From a virus: a DNA stretch of 64,000 bases. How positions within the stretch are numbered: position 1 is the stretch's first letter; every line of letters starts with the position of its first letter. The translations under genes were made by a program, and so were the position numbers. Location of the stretch: IMG/VR virus record IMGVR_UViG_3300045988_179664, positions 22,072-86,071 of that record; one strand, given 5' to 3'. The notes beneath the pieces are model-generated. The model had not been told where the DNA came from. It was given only the letters and a program-made list of their open reading frames with translations, and did no database searches. Positions 8,462 to 15,864 of the stretch are shown here, in pieces.

Positions 8462-9061
8462 TTATTCTTTGTTATCCGAAGGAATTTTCGGAGACTTCTT
8501 CTTCTCAACGAAAGCATCAATCGTTCGGCCGAAACGATTAAGAAGCATTGCGCCAAGATAAAGAATGATGCCGCTAATCATGATACCAACATCAAGCGTC
8601 TCAAATCCTGCAAAACTCTTGCAATAAATAGAACTGACTGCGAGAGCGCCAAGCGTTGGCAGCGAAGCAATCGTTACCGTAAGTGCCGCATACACAACAC
8701 TATTCAGAACAGTACCAATACTTGCAATAATGCCGCGCTTTTTAAATGTGCGCTGCTTATCGTAGGACATCTGATAAGCCCCGATAAGACTTGGCTCACG
8801 AATAATGTCGCGCAGATGCAGCAGACACCACGCCAAAACAGCACACCCGATGCCGCAGCCGACCTTATAGGCACTCATGCGAGAACCCCACAGGTCATTT
8901 GCGTTGGCGGGAACGACGAACGCCAGAATGTTGAACAGGACGGCAAACAAGACGAACATTGCCATGTGGGGATTCTTGGCAGTGTTGCGAGCCTCGTTCT
9001 TTGCCTTACTGGCGACTTCCTCGGTCTGATTGTGAATTTTTACATTGAGAATCTTTTCCAT
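8462..9061 (-). CDS. Polytopic membrane protein of 199 aa with about four transmembrane segments and unknown function.
   Basis: Hydrophobic segments FVLFAVLFNILAFVV, VGCGIGCAVLAWCLL, ASIGTVLNSVVYAAL and ISGIILYLGAMLL. Confidence 0.5.
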   Translation of the reverse strand: MEKILNVKIHNQTEEVASKAKNEARNTAKNPHMAMFVLFAVLFNILAFVVPANANDLWGSRMSAYKVGCGIGCAVLAWCLLHLRDIIREPSLIGAYQMSYDKQRTFKKRGIIASIGTVLNSVVYAALTVTIASLPTLGALAVSSIYCKSFAGFETLDVGIMISGIILYLGAMLLNRFGRTIDAFVEKKKSPKIPSDNKE

Positions 9062-9105
9062 TTTTTACCTTTCCTTTCATGTGGGCGATTTAGTTGTAAA
9101 TCGTT

Positions 9106-9438
9106 TTAATCTCTGTGATAGCGCTGCATCATACCGAACATAGCCGCAAGCGCCAATGCAAGGTAGATGTAAGTGTATCCCTTTTCAATCATGTTCAGAA
9201 TCACGATGGTAAAGCTCGAAAAAGCACCACAATAAAAAGCGGCACCAAGTTTATCGACCAAAAACATCAACATCTGGGCAACGACTGCCGCAGGAACAAG
9301 AAGCTTGAGACGCTTGGCCTCAATGATTCCGTCCCAGTCAAGAACAGCAATGAAGCTGGCTCCCATGCAGATGACCCAAACAAAAGCGAAAATAAGGGTT
9401 GCTGTGTCAAAAAAGTTACTCATATCAGTTACCTCCAA
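9106..9438 (-). CDS. Small membrane protein of 110 aa with about three transmembrane segments and a charged C-terminus (RYHRD).
   Basis: Tandem paralogue of 9479-9808 (about 45 percent identity, same length, same C-terminal RYHR). Confidence 0.5.
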   Translation of the reverse strand: MEVTDMSNFFDTATLIFAFVWVICMGASFIAVLDWDGIIEAKRLKLLVPAAVVAQMLMFLVDKLGAAFYCGAFSSFTIVILNMIEKGYTYIYLALALAAMFGMMQRYHRD

Positions 9439-9478
9439 AATTACTGATGGTTTACGGGTTTATGGACATCGAATCGCA

Positions 9479-9808
9479 TTATCTGTGATAGCGCTTTGTC
9501 ATGCCAAACATAGCTGCAATCATAATCGCCAAATATGCGTACAAATACAAATTCTCAATCATTCCAAGAACTGAAATTGTAAGACTGGCGAACATACCGC
9601 AATACAGAACAGCACCAATTTTTTTGATGATGAACAGCGTGGCTTGCGCAATGATGGCGACAACGAGAAAAACTTTGATGTATTTAGCCTCAAATAAACC
9701 ATCCCAATCGATGGCAAGGAAGATACAAGCCCCCACAGCGAGAGCCCAAACCAAAGCAGCAACAGATGCAACAGCGTCAAAGAAGCTTAACATAGCGAAT
9801 ACCTCCAT
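9479..9808 (-). CDS. Small membrane protein of 109 aa, paralogue of 9106-9438.
   Basis: Same architecture. The flanking DNA (ATCTGTGATAGCGCT...) is also duplicated. Confidence 0.5.
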   Translation of the reverse strand: MEVFAMLSFFDAVASVAALVWALAVGACIFLAIDWDGLFEAKYIKVFLVVAIIAQATLFIIKKIGAVLYCGMFASLTISVLGMIENLYLYAYLAIMIAAMFGMTKRYHR

Positions 9809-9845
9809 GTTTTAAATTAGGTTAATGTTCGGACATCTATATAAA

Positions 9846-9883
9846 CAGCAAAAAGCCGCCAATGGGACAATCCACTGGCGGCT
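9846..9883 (-). terminator. Hairpin (AGCCGCCA...TGGCGGCT) plus T-run lying between promoter C and the 9808 start.
   Basis: 8-bp stem followed by TTTTTGCTGTTTAT on the minus strand. Confidence 0.4.
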
Positions 9884-9936
9884 CAGTTGCCGATTGCAAT
9901 AATACAGTTAAATCATTTGATTTATGTTATGTCTCA

Positions 9937-9964
9937 ATTATATTAACTTCGCAGCATAATGCAA
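9937..9964 (-). promoter_or_regulatory. Class-2 promoter C. It has -35 TTGCAT, spacer TATGCTGCGAAGTTAA and -10 TATAAT.
   Basis: Member of the motif family. It abuts the sortase stop codon. Confidence 0.5.
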
Positions 9965-9972
9965 GAGCTTTT

Positions 9973-10944
9973 TCAGAAGACTTCGTCAAGTTTTGCACAT
10001 ACAATAAAACGAGTATCGTAATTATCACTGCCTGAACAGGTGGACAAAATCAAAACCTTATCATTCAATCCAACTTCTGTGGCGTACTGATTGTAAGAGT
10101 AAGCTTTCATACTTGCAATCTCTGTCAGGAAATACGAATCATCCGGATTCGCAATGGTATAACTTGGGTCAATAGGATAATCGGCAACAGCAAAGATTTT
10201 CCATCGTGTCTGTCGTTCACCCAAAGTAAGATAAATATACCGATGTTCTTTTGCAAAGTTGACATCGCGGAAGTATTTCAAAACACTGAATTTCTTGTGC
10301 ATACTGTTTCCGTTGCTATGTCCAAAAATAACAGTTACTCTGTACATATCGTCAACATTGCTGACATTCCATTCGGAGGGAACAAAATAAGCGCCCCAGA
10401 TACTTTCCCTATCGAACTCATTGTGAGTCAGGTAATAATCATCGTCTGTGGGATGCTGCAAAATGGGCTCATCTGTAACATCAACGCCGGGAACAGTTAA
10501 GTAACCAACGGTGTTCTTGGAATACGCTGGCTTTGGTGCCGGTTCCGGTTCTGAATCACTCTCACTTGAATTAGAAGACGGGATAAGAATCGAGGGGGTA
10601 GAAACGGGTTCTTCTACATCGTCGGAGATGTCTCCTGTTTCATATGCAGGAATATGATAGTAATCATACGCCTTCCATCCAATATAGCCAATCATGGCAA
10701 TAAGAACGATGCAAATTACGACCAACAAAACTGTCCAGATGGAAAATCGCCGTTTCTCTTTGCCCTCTGACACGTCCATCGCATCCATCGATTCATTGTC
10801 ATCCTCGTCATGGCTTGCCTTTTGATGAGGGAAGTTTTCACCAGTTCCATCATCCTCATCATTTGGAATGTAATTGTACGCACCAAGTTCCTGCTCGAAA
10901 TGTTCTTCTTTGGGCAGTGGTGGAATAATAGGTGTTTTTGCCAT
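9973..10944 (-). CDS. srtB: Sortase, class B-like transpeptidase with an N-terminal membrane anchor.
   Basis: The catalytic His (IFGHSNG), Cys in a TLxTC-type motif (LILSTCSG) and Arg (TRFIV) are present. One TM segment FSIWTVLLVVICIVLIAMIGYIGW follows an acidic N-terminal tail. Confidence 0.75.
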   Translation of the reverse strand: MAKTPIIPPLPKEEHFEQELGAYNYIPNDEDDGTGENFPHQKASHDEDDNESMDAMDVSEGKEKRRFSIWTVLLVVICIVLIAMIGYIGWKAYDYYHIPAYETGDISDDVEEPVSTPSILIPSSNSSESDSEPEPAPKPAYSKNTVGYLTVPGVDVTDEPILQHPTDDDYYLTHNEFDRESIWGAYFVPSEWNVSNVDDMYRVTVIFGHSNGNSMHKKFSVLKYFRDVNFAKEHRYIYLTLGERQTRWKIFAVADYPIDPSYTIANPDDSYFLTEIASMKAYSYNQYATEVGLNDKVLILSTCSGSDNYDTRFIVCAKLDEVF

Positions 10945-10955
10945 AATACATCACC

Positions 10956-12119
10956 TTACTCAGCTGCGGCAGACCGCTCGTACACATCAATGCAGTAGTT
11001 GCCCATAATCTTGTTATACATACACTCCTGTGCCAAAGGACCTGCTCCATAGGTATCAACGGCGTTATCGTAGTTACTGCCAATATAAGCTTTCACTTCA
11101 TCGACAGACGGTTTATAGTCCTGTTCCTCTGCCAGATACTGCGCAACAAGGCTCAGTAAAACATTTTCTTCCGTCTGACTACGAAGACTTTCTGAATACT
11201 CCTCCGAGGTCTTATAATTGCTGTATGTCTGAACGAATGTCTCCAAGTCCATATTGTAGGCAGTTGCTTCGTTTTCGACATACTTCAAGTTGGTTTCAAG
11301 ACTCAGGTTGACAAGGTCTGTCGTATCCTTTTTGAGTTTTACATTGTCAATGAAATACTGTTCAATCTCATTCTGAATCTTATTCATCCGAAGATTCTCT
11401 TCAACATATTCACGAAGCAGAGCTACTGTAGTTACAGCAGTGCCGTCTTGCAGCTTGTAGCCACTCATGATACCGGCAACATCAGCATCTGTCATGCTAT
11501 ATTGAGAAATTTTATTAAGCGTTACATGGAAAACAGCTTCCTTGTTGGCGAGTTCGATAGTCTGCTCGCCTGTAGTTCTATCTGTTGTACTGCTATATCC
11601 ATCAGGGAATGTTACCGTAACATCAAACGAATCCCCCGTGTTATGCCCGACGATTTGCTCTTCAAATCCGTCAATAAAGGTATTGGAACCGAGTTCCAAA
11701 TCGTAGTCTTCTGTTGTTCCACCGGTAAAAGCAACACCATCAACCGTACCCTCATAGTCAATGTTCACAACATCGCCTTCCTGTGCGGCGCGGTCTGTTA
11801 CCTCTGTTGTCAGCTTGTAATTGGACTGAAAATAATCCAACTCACTTTGAATCTCCTCGTCCGTAACAGCGTATACATCTTTGCTGACCGTATATTCCTT
11901 ATAATTCTTGGGCATCTTTATGTATTTGGACGCGGTCACATCACGAAAATACCCGTCATCATCAAGACCGAGGTCATACTCAACAGCGGAAGCCGTTTCA
12001 GAGGTAGCTGTTTCCGCAGTTTCAGATGTACTTGCATCGGTCACGTTTTTGCCACACGCGGTCAATGCAATACATGCAGCACTGATGACCGCCAGAATCA
12101 TTTTTGCGTTTTTCTTCAT
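10956..12119 (-). CDS. Lipoprotein resembling trigger factor without its ribosome-binding N-domain. It contains an FKBP-type peptidyl-prolyl cis-trans isomerase domain.
   Basis: Lipobox LTAC after MKKNAKMILAVISAACIA. The segment GDVVNIDYEGTVDGVAFTGGTTEDYDLELGSNTFIDGFEEQIVGHNTGDSFDVTVTFPDGY aligns closely with the trigger-factor PPIase domain. AAGGAG RBS before the ATG at 12119. The ORF-track start at 12434 is an upstream artefact. Confidence 0.7.
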   Translation of the reverse strand: MKKNAKMILAVISAACIALTACGKNVTDASTSETAETATSETASAVEYDLGLDDDGYFRDVTASKYIKMPKNYKEYTVSKDVYAVTDEEIQSELDYFQSNYKLTTEVTDRAAQEGDVVNIDYEGTVDGVAFTGGTTEDYDLELGSNTFIDGFEEQIVGHNTGDSFDVTVTFPDGYSSTTDRTTGEQTIELANKEAVFHVTLNKISQYSMTDADVAGIMSGYKLQDGTAVTTVALLREYVEENLRMNKIQNEIEQYFIDNVKLKKDTTDLVNLSLETNLKYVENEATAYNMDLETFVQTYSNYKTSEEYSESLRSQTEENVLLSLVAQYLAEEQDYKPSVDEVKAYIGSNYDNAVDTYGAGPLAQECMYNKIMGNYCIDVYERSAAAE

Positions 12120-12130
12120 GAAAATCTCCT

Positions 12131-12170
12131 TTATAAAAAGACCCCGGCAGACAGGTTGCCTACCGGGGCA
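12131..12170 (-). terminator. Terminator-like hairpin (CCCCGG...CCGGGG followed by a T-run) between the SecE-like gene and the PPIase gene.
   Basis: GC stem followed by TCTTTTTAT on the minus strand. Confidence 0.4.
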
Positions 12171-12175
12171 GTATT

Positions 12176-12427
12176 TTAAACGAACAGGAACGGGACATGA
12201 AGCAGCAGGGCATAAGCTGCATCCATGATACCAATGATAACGGCAGACACAGCGCTCACAGCAAGAACTGCTCCGGTTCGACGGAACGTATTGCGCATAC
12301 TCGGCCAAGTCACATTTTTGGGTGCAACCAGATTGTGCAGTTTCTTGGGCGTGCTCTTGATGAAAGAAGGAATTGCCTTCACGAAATTCACGATAGCCAT
12401 TCCAATCTTTTTCAGTTTCTTTTTCAT
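12176..12427 (-). CDS. secE: SecE-like small membrane protein of 84 aa.
   Basis: KNVTWPSMRNTFRRTGAVLAVSAVSAVIIGIMD matches the SecE signature (K-V-x-W-P ... single C-terminal TM). AGGAGG RBS before the ATG at 12427. Confidence 0.55.
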   Translation of the reverse strand: MKKKLKKIGMAIVNFVKAIPSFIKSTPKKLHNLVAPKNVTWPSMRNTFRRTGAVLAVSAVSAVIIGIMDAAYALLLHVPFLFV

Positions 12428-12678
12428 GCCGCACCTCCTACTCCGGTTACTACGAACATGATGATTGCGATAACAAGCAGAATAGCTGTACATACAGCAA
12501 CCAGTTTATTTGCGGACGTTTTCGTGCTGTCTTTAGCACTCGAGCGCATTGTATCACTGATTCCGGTGATAACACTAAGACTGTTCTTGTCAGCCTTATC
12601 CATGGAAAGCGTAACCGCACAAACCAGAACAGAAACCAGCAGAATCAAGATGCACAGAATGATTTCATAAATTGCCAT
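12424..12678 (-). CDS. SecG-like two-TM small membrane protein of 84 aa. The similarity is weak.
   Basis: Topology is TM, then loop SMDKADKNSLSVITGISD, then TM, like SecG (LLQxxKxxGLSGAxxGG). GGGAGGG RBS. Translationally coupled to the SecE-like gene (ATGA overlap). Confidence 0.4.
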   Translation of the reverse strand: MAIYEIILCILILLVSVLVCAVTLSMDKADKNSLSVITGISDTMRSSAKDSTKTSANKLVAVCTAILLVIAIIMFVVTGVGGAA

Positions 12679-12693
12679 TGTGTTGCCCTCCCG

Positions 12694-14034
12694 TCAATTC
12701 AAGAAACCTTTGTGATGGCGAACCACCAAATGGCTGTTAAGAGAATCGATAACTTCAAGCGTAACACCTGTGACAATCAACAGACTGGTACCGCCAAAGT
12801 GCATATTCAGACCTGTAACCGCAGTTGCCAAGATAGGCACACATGCAATAACCGAAAGAACAAATGCTCCCGAACCGGCGAGAGAATGGCAAGCATTGCG
12901 CAAATAATCACTGGTAGCTTTGCCTGCTCGAATACCGGGGATACTGCCGCCGTTCTTGCGCAGGTTGTTTGCCATTTCGATGGGGTCGAATGTGATGTCG
13001 ATGTAGAATAAGTTGAATGCGAAAATCAGGGCTACATACGCAACATCATAAATCCAATTCCGTGAATTCCAAGATGCCAGCGCCATATACAGGCTGGGGT
13101 GCTTGTTGTAATCGAGGAACATCGTCACGAGAGACGGCATACTGCAAATGGTGGACGAGAAAATAATAGGCATAACACCCGACATAATCAGTTTGATGGG
13201 GATATAACTGGACTGACCAGCGGATGCTTTGTTCCCTACATTTTTACCGGCATACTGAACAGGAACGCGGCGCTCTGCATCGCTTGCGAAAACGACATAG
13301 AAGGTGGCCGCCAAAACAAAGAGGATGACGCCGGGAATCATCAGATAATACCACCATCCATTTTCTTTGCCCATTGCAATAGAGTTCTGGAACAACGAGA
13401 TGACAGCATCCCATCTGGAAATGATACCGGTAAAGATGATAAGGGAAATACCGTTGCCAATACCTTTTTCGTCAATCAGCCATCCAAGCCAGATGACGAT
13501 TTGAGAACCAGCAGTCAGAATGGCAATAACAGTAATGGCTTCCACGACCTGCGAAATGCCGGAAGTGTATTTCATCGCACCGTAGTTCTTCATAATAAAG
13601 AAGTACCCGATAGCTGTTACAGCCGCCAAACCACAACCAACATACTGCGTGATTTTATTGATTTGCTTCTGCCCGCCGATGTCCTTGCTGATTTCTTCCA
13701 GTTTCGGAATCGCAACAGTCAAAAGCTGGATGATGATGCTTGCGTTGATGTATGCAGATACGCCAATCGCAAATACCGCACACTGAGAAAGTGCGCCACC
13801 GGAAACCAGATTGTAATAATCCAGTACAGAGGTGCTTCCGAACATAGTCTGAAGCGCAGCGGTGTTTACGAACGGAATCGTAATACCGCAACCCAGACGA
13901 TAAATCAGAAGACAAAGGATGGTGAAGAGAATCTTGTTGCGAACATCATCCACCATCAGCTTCTGGAAGATGGTGCTGTTCGAATAAGACTTTTTGAGTT
14001 TCGGCTTTTTCGCCGGATTTTTAATGTTGTCCAA
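12694..14034 (-). CDS. secY: Preprotein translocase SecY of canonical type, located outside the ribosomal-protein (spc) operon.
   Basis: DDVRNKILFTILCLLIYRLG, GVSAYINASIIIQLL and the C-terminal GGTSLLIVTGVTLEVIDSLNSHLVVRHHKGFLN align along their full length with Bacillus SecY. TTG start at 14034 with GGAAGGAG 6 nt upstream. There is a 27-aa N-terminal extension. Confidence 0.85.
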   Translation of the reverse strand: MDNIKNPAKKPKLKKSYSNSTIFQKLMVDDVRNKILFTILCLLIYRLGCGITIPFVNTAALQTMFGSTSVLDYYNLVSGGALSQCAVFAIGVSAYINASIIIQLLTVAIPKLEEISKDIGGQKQINKITQYVGCGLAAVTAIGYFFIMKNYGAMKYTSGISQVVEAITVIAILTAGSQIVIWLGWLIDEKGIGNGISLIIFTGIISRWDAVISLFQNSIAMGKENGWWYYLMIPGVILFVLAATFYVVFASDAERRVPVQYAGKNVGNKASAGQSSYIPIKLIMSGVMPIIFSSTICSMPSLVTMFLDYNKHPSLYMALASWNSRNWIYDVAYVALIFAFNLFYIDITFDPIEMANNLRKNGGSIPGIRAGKATSDYLRNACHSLAGSGAFVLSVIACVPILATAVTGLNMHFGGTSLLIVTGVTLEVIDSLNSHLVVRHHKGFLN

Positions 14035-14058
14035 TGCTTACTCCTTCCGCGACTGAGA

Positions 14059-14334
14059 TTATCGAGCAAAGAAAGCAACGATGATTCGCATCAGAAAGGC
14101 TACAACGGCCAACTTCGTTGCAAGCCACATGAACCAATCGAGTTTGTCGATACCTTCGTCGAATACATTTGTTGCGGCAGCATCTTTTTTGTTACTGTCG
14201 CAATCCCCATCAACATGGTTTTTCTTGATTTTGTTGCGATTAAGCACAAACAAAGTTCGAAACAAAGCCCATGTTGCAATACAGAATCCGTATACGATTA
14301 GAAGCTCGATACAGAAACTGTGCAAAGACGACAT
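14059..14334 (-). CDS. Small membrane protein of 91 aa with two transmembrane segments.
   Basis: ORF immediately upstream of secY. Hydrophobic N- and C-terminal helices. Confidence 0.4.
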   Translation of the reverse strand: MSSLHSFCIELLIVYGFCIATWALFRTLFVLNRNKIKKNHVDGDCDSNKKDAAATNVFDEGIDKLDWFMWLATKLAVVAFLMRIIVAFFAR

Positions 14335-15011
14335 TAAGCGGATGCGCCGTTGGCGTCAGGAGTCGTATTGGAGGCGGTCTCGGCAACGGCCTCTACCGGA
14401 GTTTCCGTGACAGTCTCTGCGGGAGAAGTGATATCCCCGGTGATTGCGGGGACGTTGGCATCTTCTGCGACCGACTCATTGATGGGCGCTTCAATAACCG
14501 CATCCTTGACTCCATCAGCAGTCACTTTCTTTGCTGCGATTTTTGCGAAGTGCTCATTGCGCTTTTCACGGCAAGCCTTGCAGCGGGTGGGGAGCTTGTA
14601 GTCATGGACGACATACCAGTACAGCTCGCGATTGGTAAACTGCAGCTTCTGACCGCAATCTGCGCAGGCGTCTTCCAGACCGATGTTATCCAGCCCACGC
14701 TTCACGAAGTCGCGATGAATCTTGCGGCATTCCGGGCAGCGGTTCGGCAGAGAATAACCGTGGCTCTCGAAGAAATCGCGGTCACGATTGGTGATGTCGA
14801 ATTCATGACCGCAGTCAACGCACTTGCGGGTCTCAAACACCTCATTGCTCTTTGCATCAGCTTCCTTGCGAGCTTCATCCTCTGCGCGGCGCTTTGCGAA
14901 ATCGTCACGCATACGACACTCGCGGCACAGCACCTCGCTCTCATTGGCGGTGCTGAACGGCTTGTTGCACTTCTCACAGGTCTTGCGGAATTTCTTTGCT
15001 GCATCTTTCAT
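14334..15011 (-). CDS. Zinc-ribbon repeat protein of 225 aa with three CxxC...RCxxCR units and an acidic C-terminal tail.
   Basis: CEKCNKPF..CRECR, CVDCGHEF..LPNRCPECR and CADCGQKL..LPTRCKACR repeats. AAAGGAG RBS. Confidence 0.5.
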   Translation of the reverse strand: MKDAAKKFRKTCEKCNKPFSTANESEVLCRECRMRDDFAKRRAEDEARKEADAKSNEVFETRKCVDCGHEFDITNRDRDFFESHGYSLPNRCPECRKIHRDFVKRGLDNIGLEDACADCGQKLQFTNRELYWYVVHDYKLPTRCKACREKRNEHFAKIAAKKVTADGVKDAVIEAPINESVAEDANVPAITGDITSPAETVTETPVEAVAETASNTTPDANGASA

Positions 15012-15055
15012 GGTTTAAGTCTCCTTTATGGTAAAAAAATTAAAATAATGATTGA

Positions 15056-15571
15056 TTAGGCGTTGGGACCAGAAAAAGAATCGATAATTTCATCAACGTG
15101 GACGTTCAAGTCGGACTTGTCATCATCTTTCTTGGCGGGCTGTTTTACAGGAACAACGATATCAGGCTCATTCTTCTTTTCCTCCGCCGCCTTTTCTTCA
15201 ACAGGCTTCTCTGCGGATTCATCCTTGGCCTTAGTGACCTCGGACGCGCTATCGGAATCCACCTTGCCGGATTCATCCTTATCGGCATCAGGATTCGCCT
15301 CGGTTGCCTTATCAGTATCCTTTTTCGTCTCATCATGCTTGCGTTCTACGCGGATGACATGAACGGCAGCCACGGGCGCGTGATGAATATCATCGATGCG
15401 CTCATCACAACCGCAGCACTCATCACAGTCATCACAATCGTCGTCATCATAAAGATAACCGTCATCCTCCAACTCTTTGATGACCTCGTTCTTCACATAC
15501 TTGGTCGTGAGTTTCAGGGCAACGGCTGCAACGGTGGCGGCACCAATAACGGACAGAATGTTCTTCTTCAT
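15056..15571 (-). CDS. Secreted or membrane-anchored acidic protein of 171 aa with a Cys-Asp cluster (DDDDCDDCDECCGCDE).
   Basis: N-terminal signal/anchor MKKNILSVIGAATVAAVALKL. AAAGGAG RBS. Driven by a class-1 promoter. Confidence 0.5.
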   Translation of the reverse strand: MKKNILSVIGAATVAAVALKLTTKYVKNEVIKELEDDGYLYDDDDCDDCDECCGCDERIDDIHHAPVAAVHVIRVERKHDETKKDTDKATEANPDADKDESGKVDSDSASEVTKAKDESAEKPVEEKAAEEKKNEPDIVVPVKQPAKKDDDKSDLNVHVDEIIDSFSGPNA

Positions 15572-15618
15572 AAATTTCTCCTTTGACTAAAAAGCAATGT
15601 TTCGCTTGGAATATTTAT

Positions 15619-15647
15619 ATTATACCACATAAATATAATGTGGTCAA
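15619..15647 (-). promoter_or_regulatory. Class-1 promoter with -35 TTGACC, 17-nt spacer and extended -10 TGTGG-TATAAT.
   Basis: The minus strand reads TTGACCacattatatttatgTGGTATAAT upstream of the 15571 start. Confidence 0.6.
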
Positions 15648-15667
15648 TACAAATTGCGAATAAAAAA

Positions 15668-15689
15668 ATGCCCTGCCAAAGCAGGGCAT
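15668..15689 (-). terminator. Rho-independent terminator (ATGCCCTGC-CAAA-GCAGGGCAT followed by T7).
   Basis: A perfect 9-bp stem and TTTTTTT on the minus strand. It probably terminated the 17751-17098 gene before the IS element inserted. Confidence 0.6.
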
Positions 15690-15864
15690 GTAAAATATCA
15701 GAAGTGTCTTATCAGATTGCGCCGTAAAACCCCTTGTTTTAGCTATGGGAATATAAGGCGCAGTGAAACTTAAGTTGTAATGTTTACAAATTGCACAAGT
15801 ATTGAATGGCGAGCTGTGATATAATAAATCAAAAAATTTCTCAACGGCAAAAGGATAAAATGGG

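Noticed and set aside
3338-9964. Idea that the conserved intergenic motif marks integron attC sites or cassette recombination sites in a promoterless cassette array.
   Set aside because: The motif reads as a well-formed -35/16-nt/-10 promoter on the coding strand. It also precedes the giant adhesin and secreted-protein genes tens of kb away. No integron integrase is present.
12424-12678. Assigning the gene symbol secG.
   Set aside because: Only the topology and a few loop residues match SecG. I kept it as SecG-like without a symbol.
12694-14034. Possibility that this is simply the housekeeping secY.
   Set aside because: Not rejected outright. Disfavoured because none of the universally linked neighbours (rplO upstream, adk/map/infA downstream) are present, and SecE-like and SecG-like genes follow instead. 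It needs a whole-genome check.
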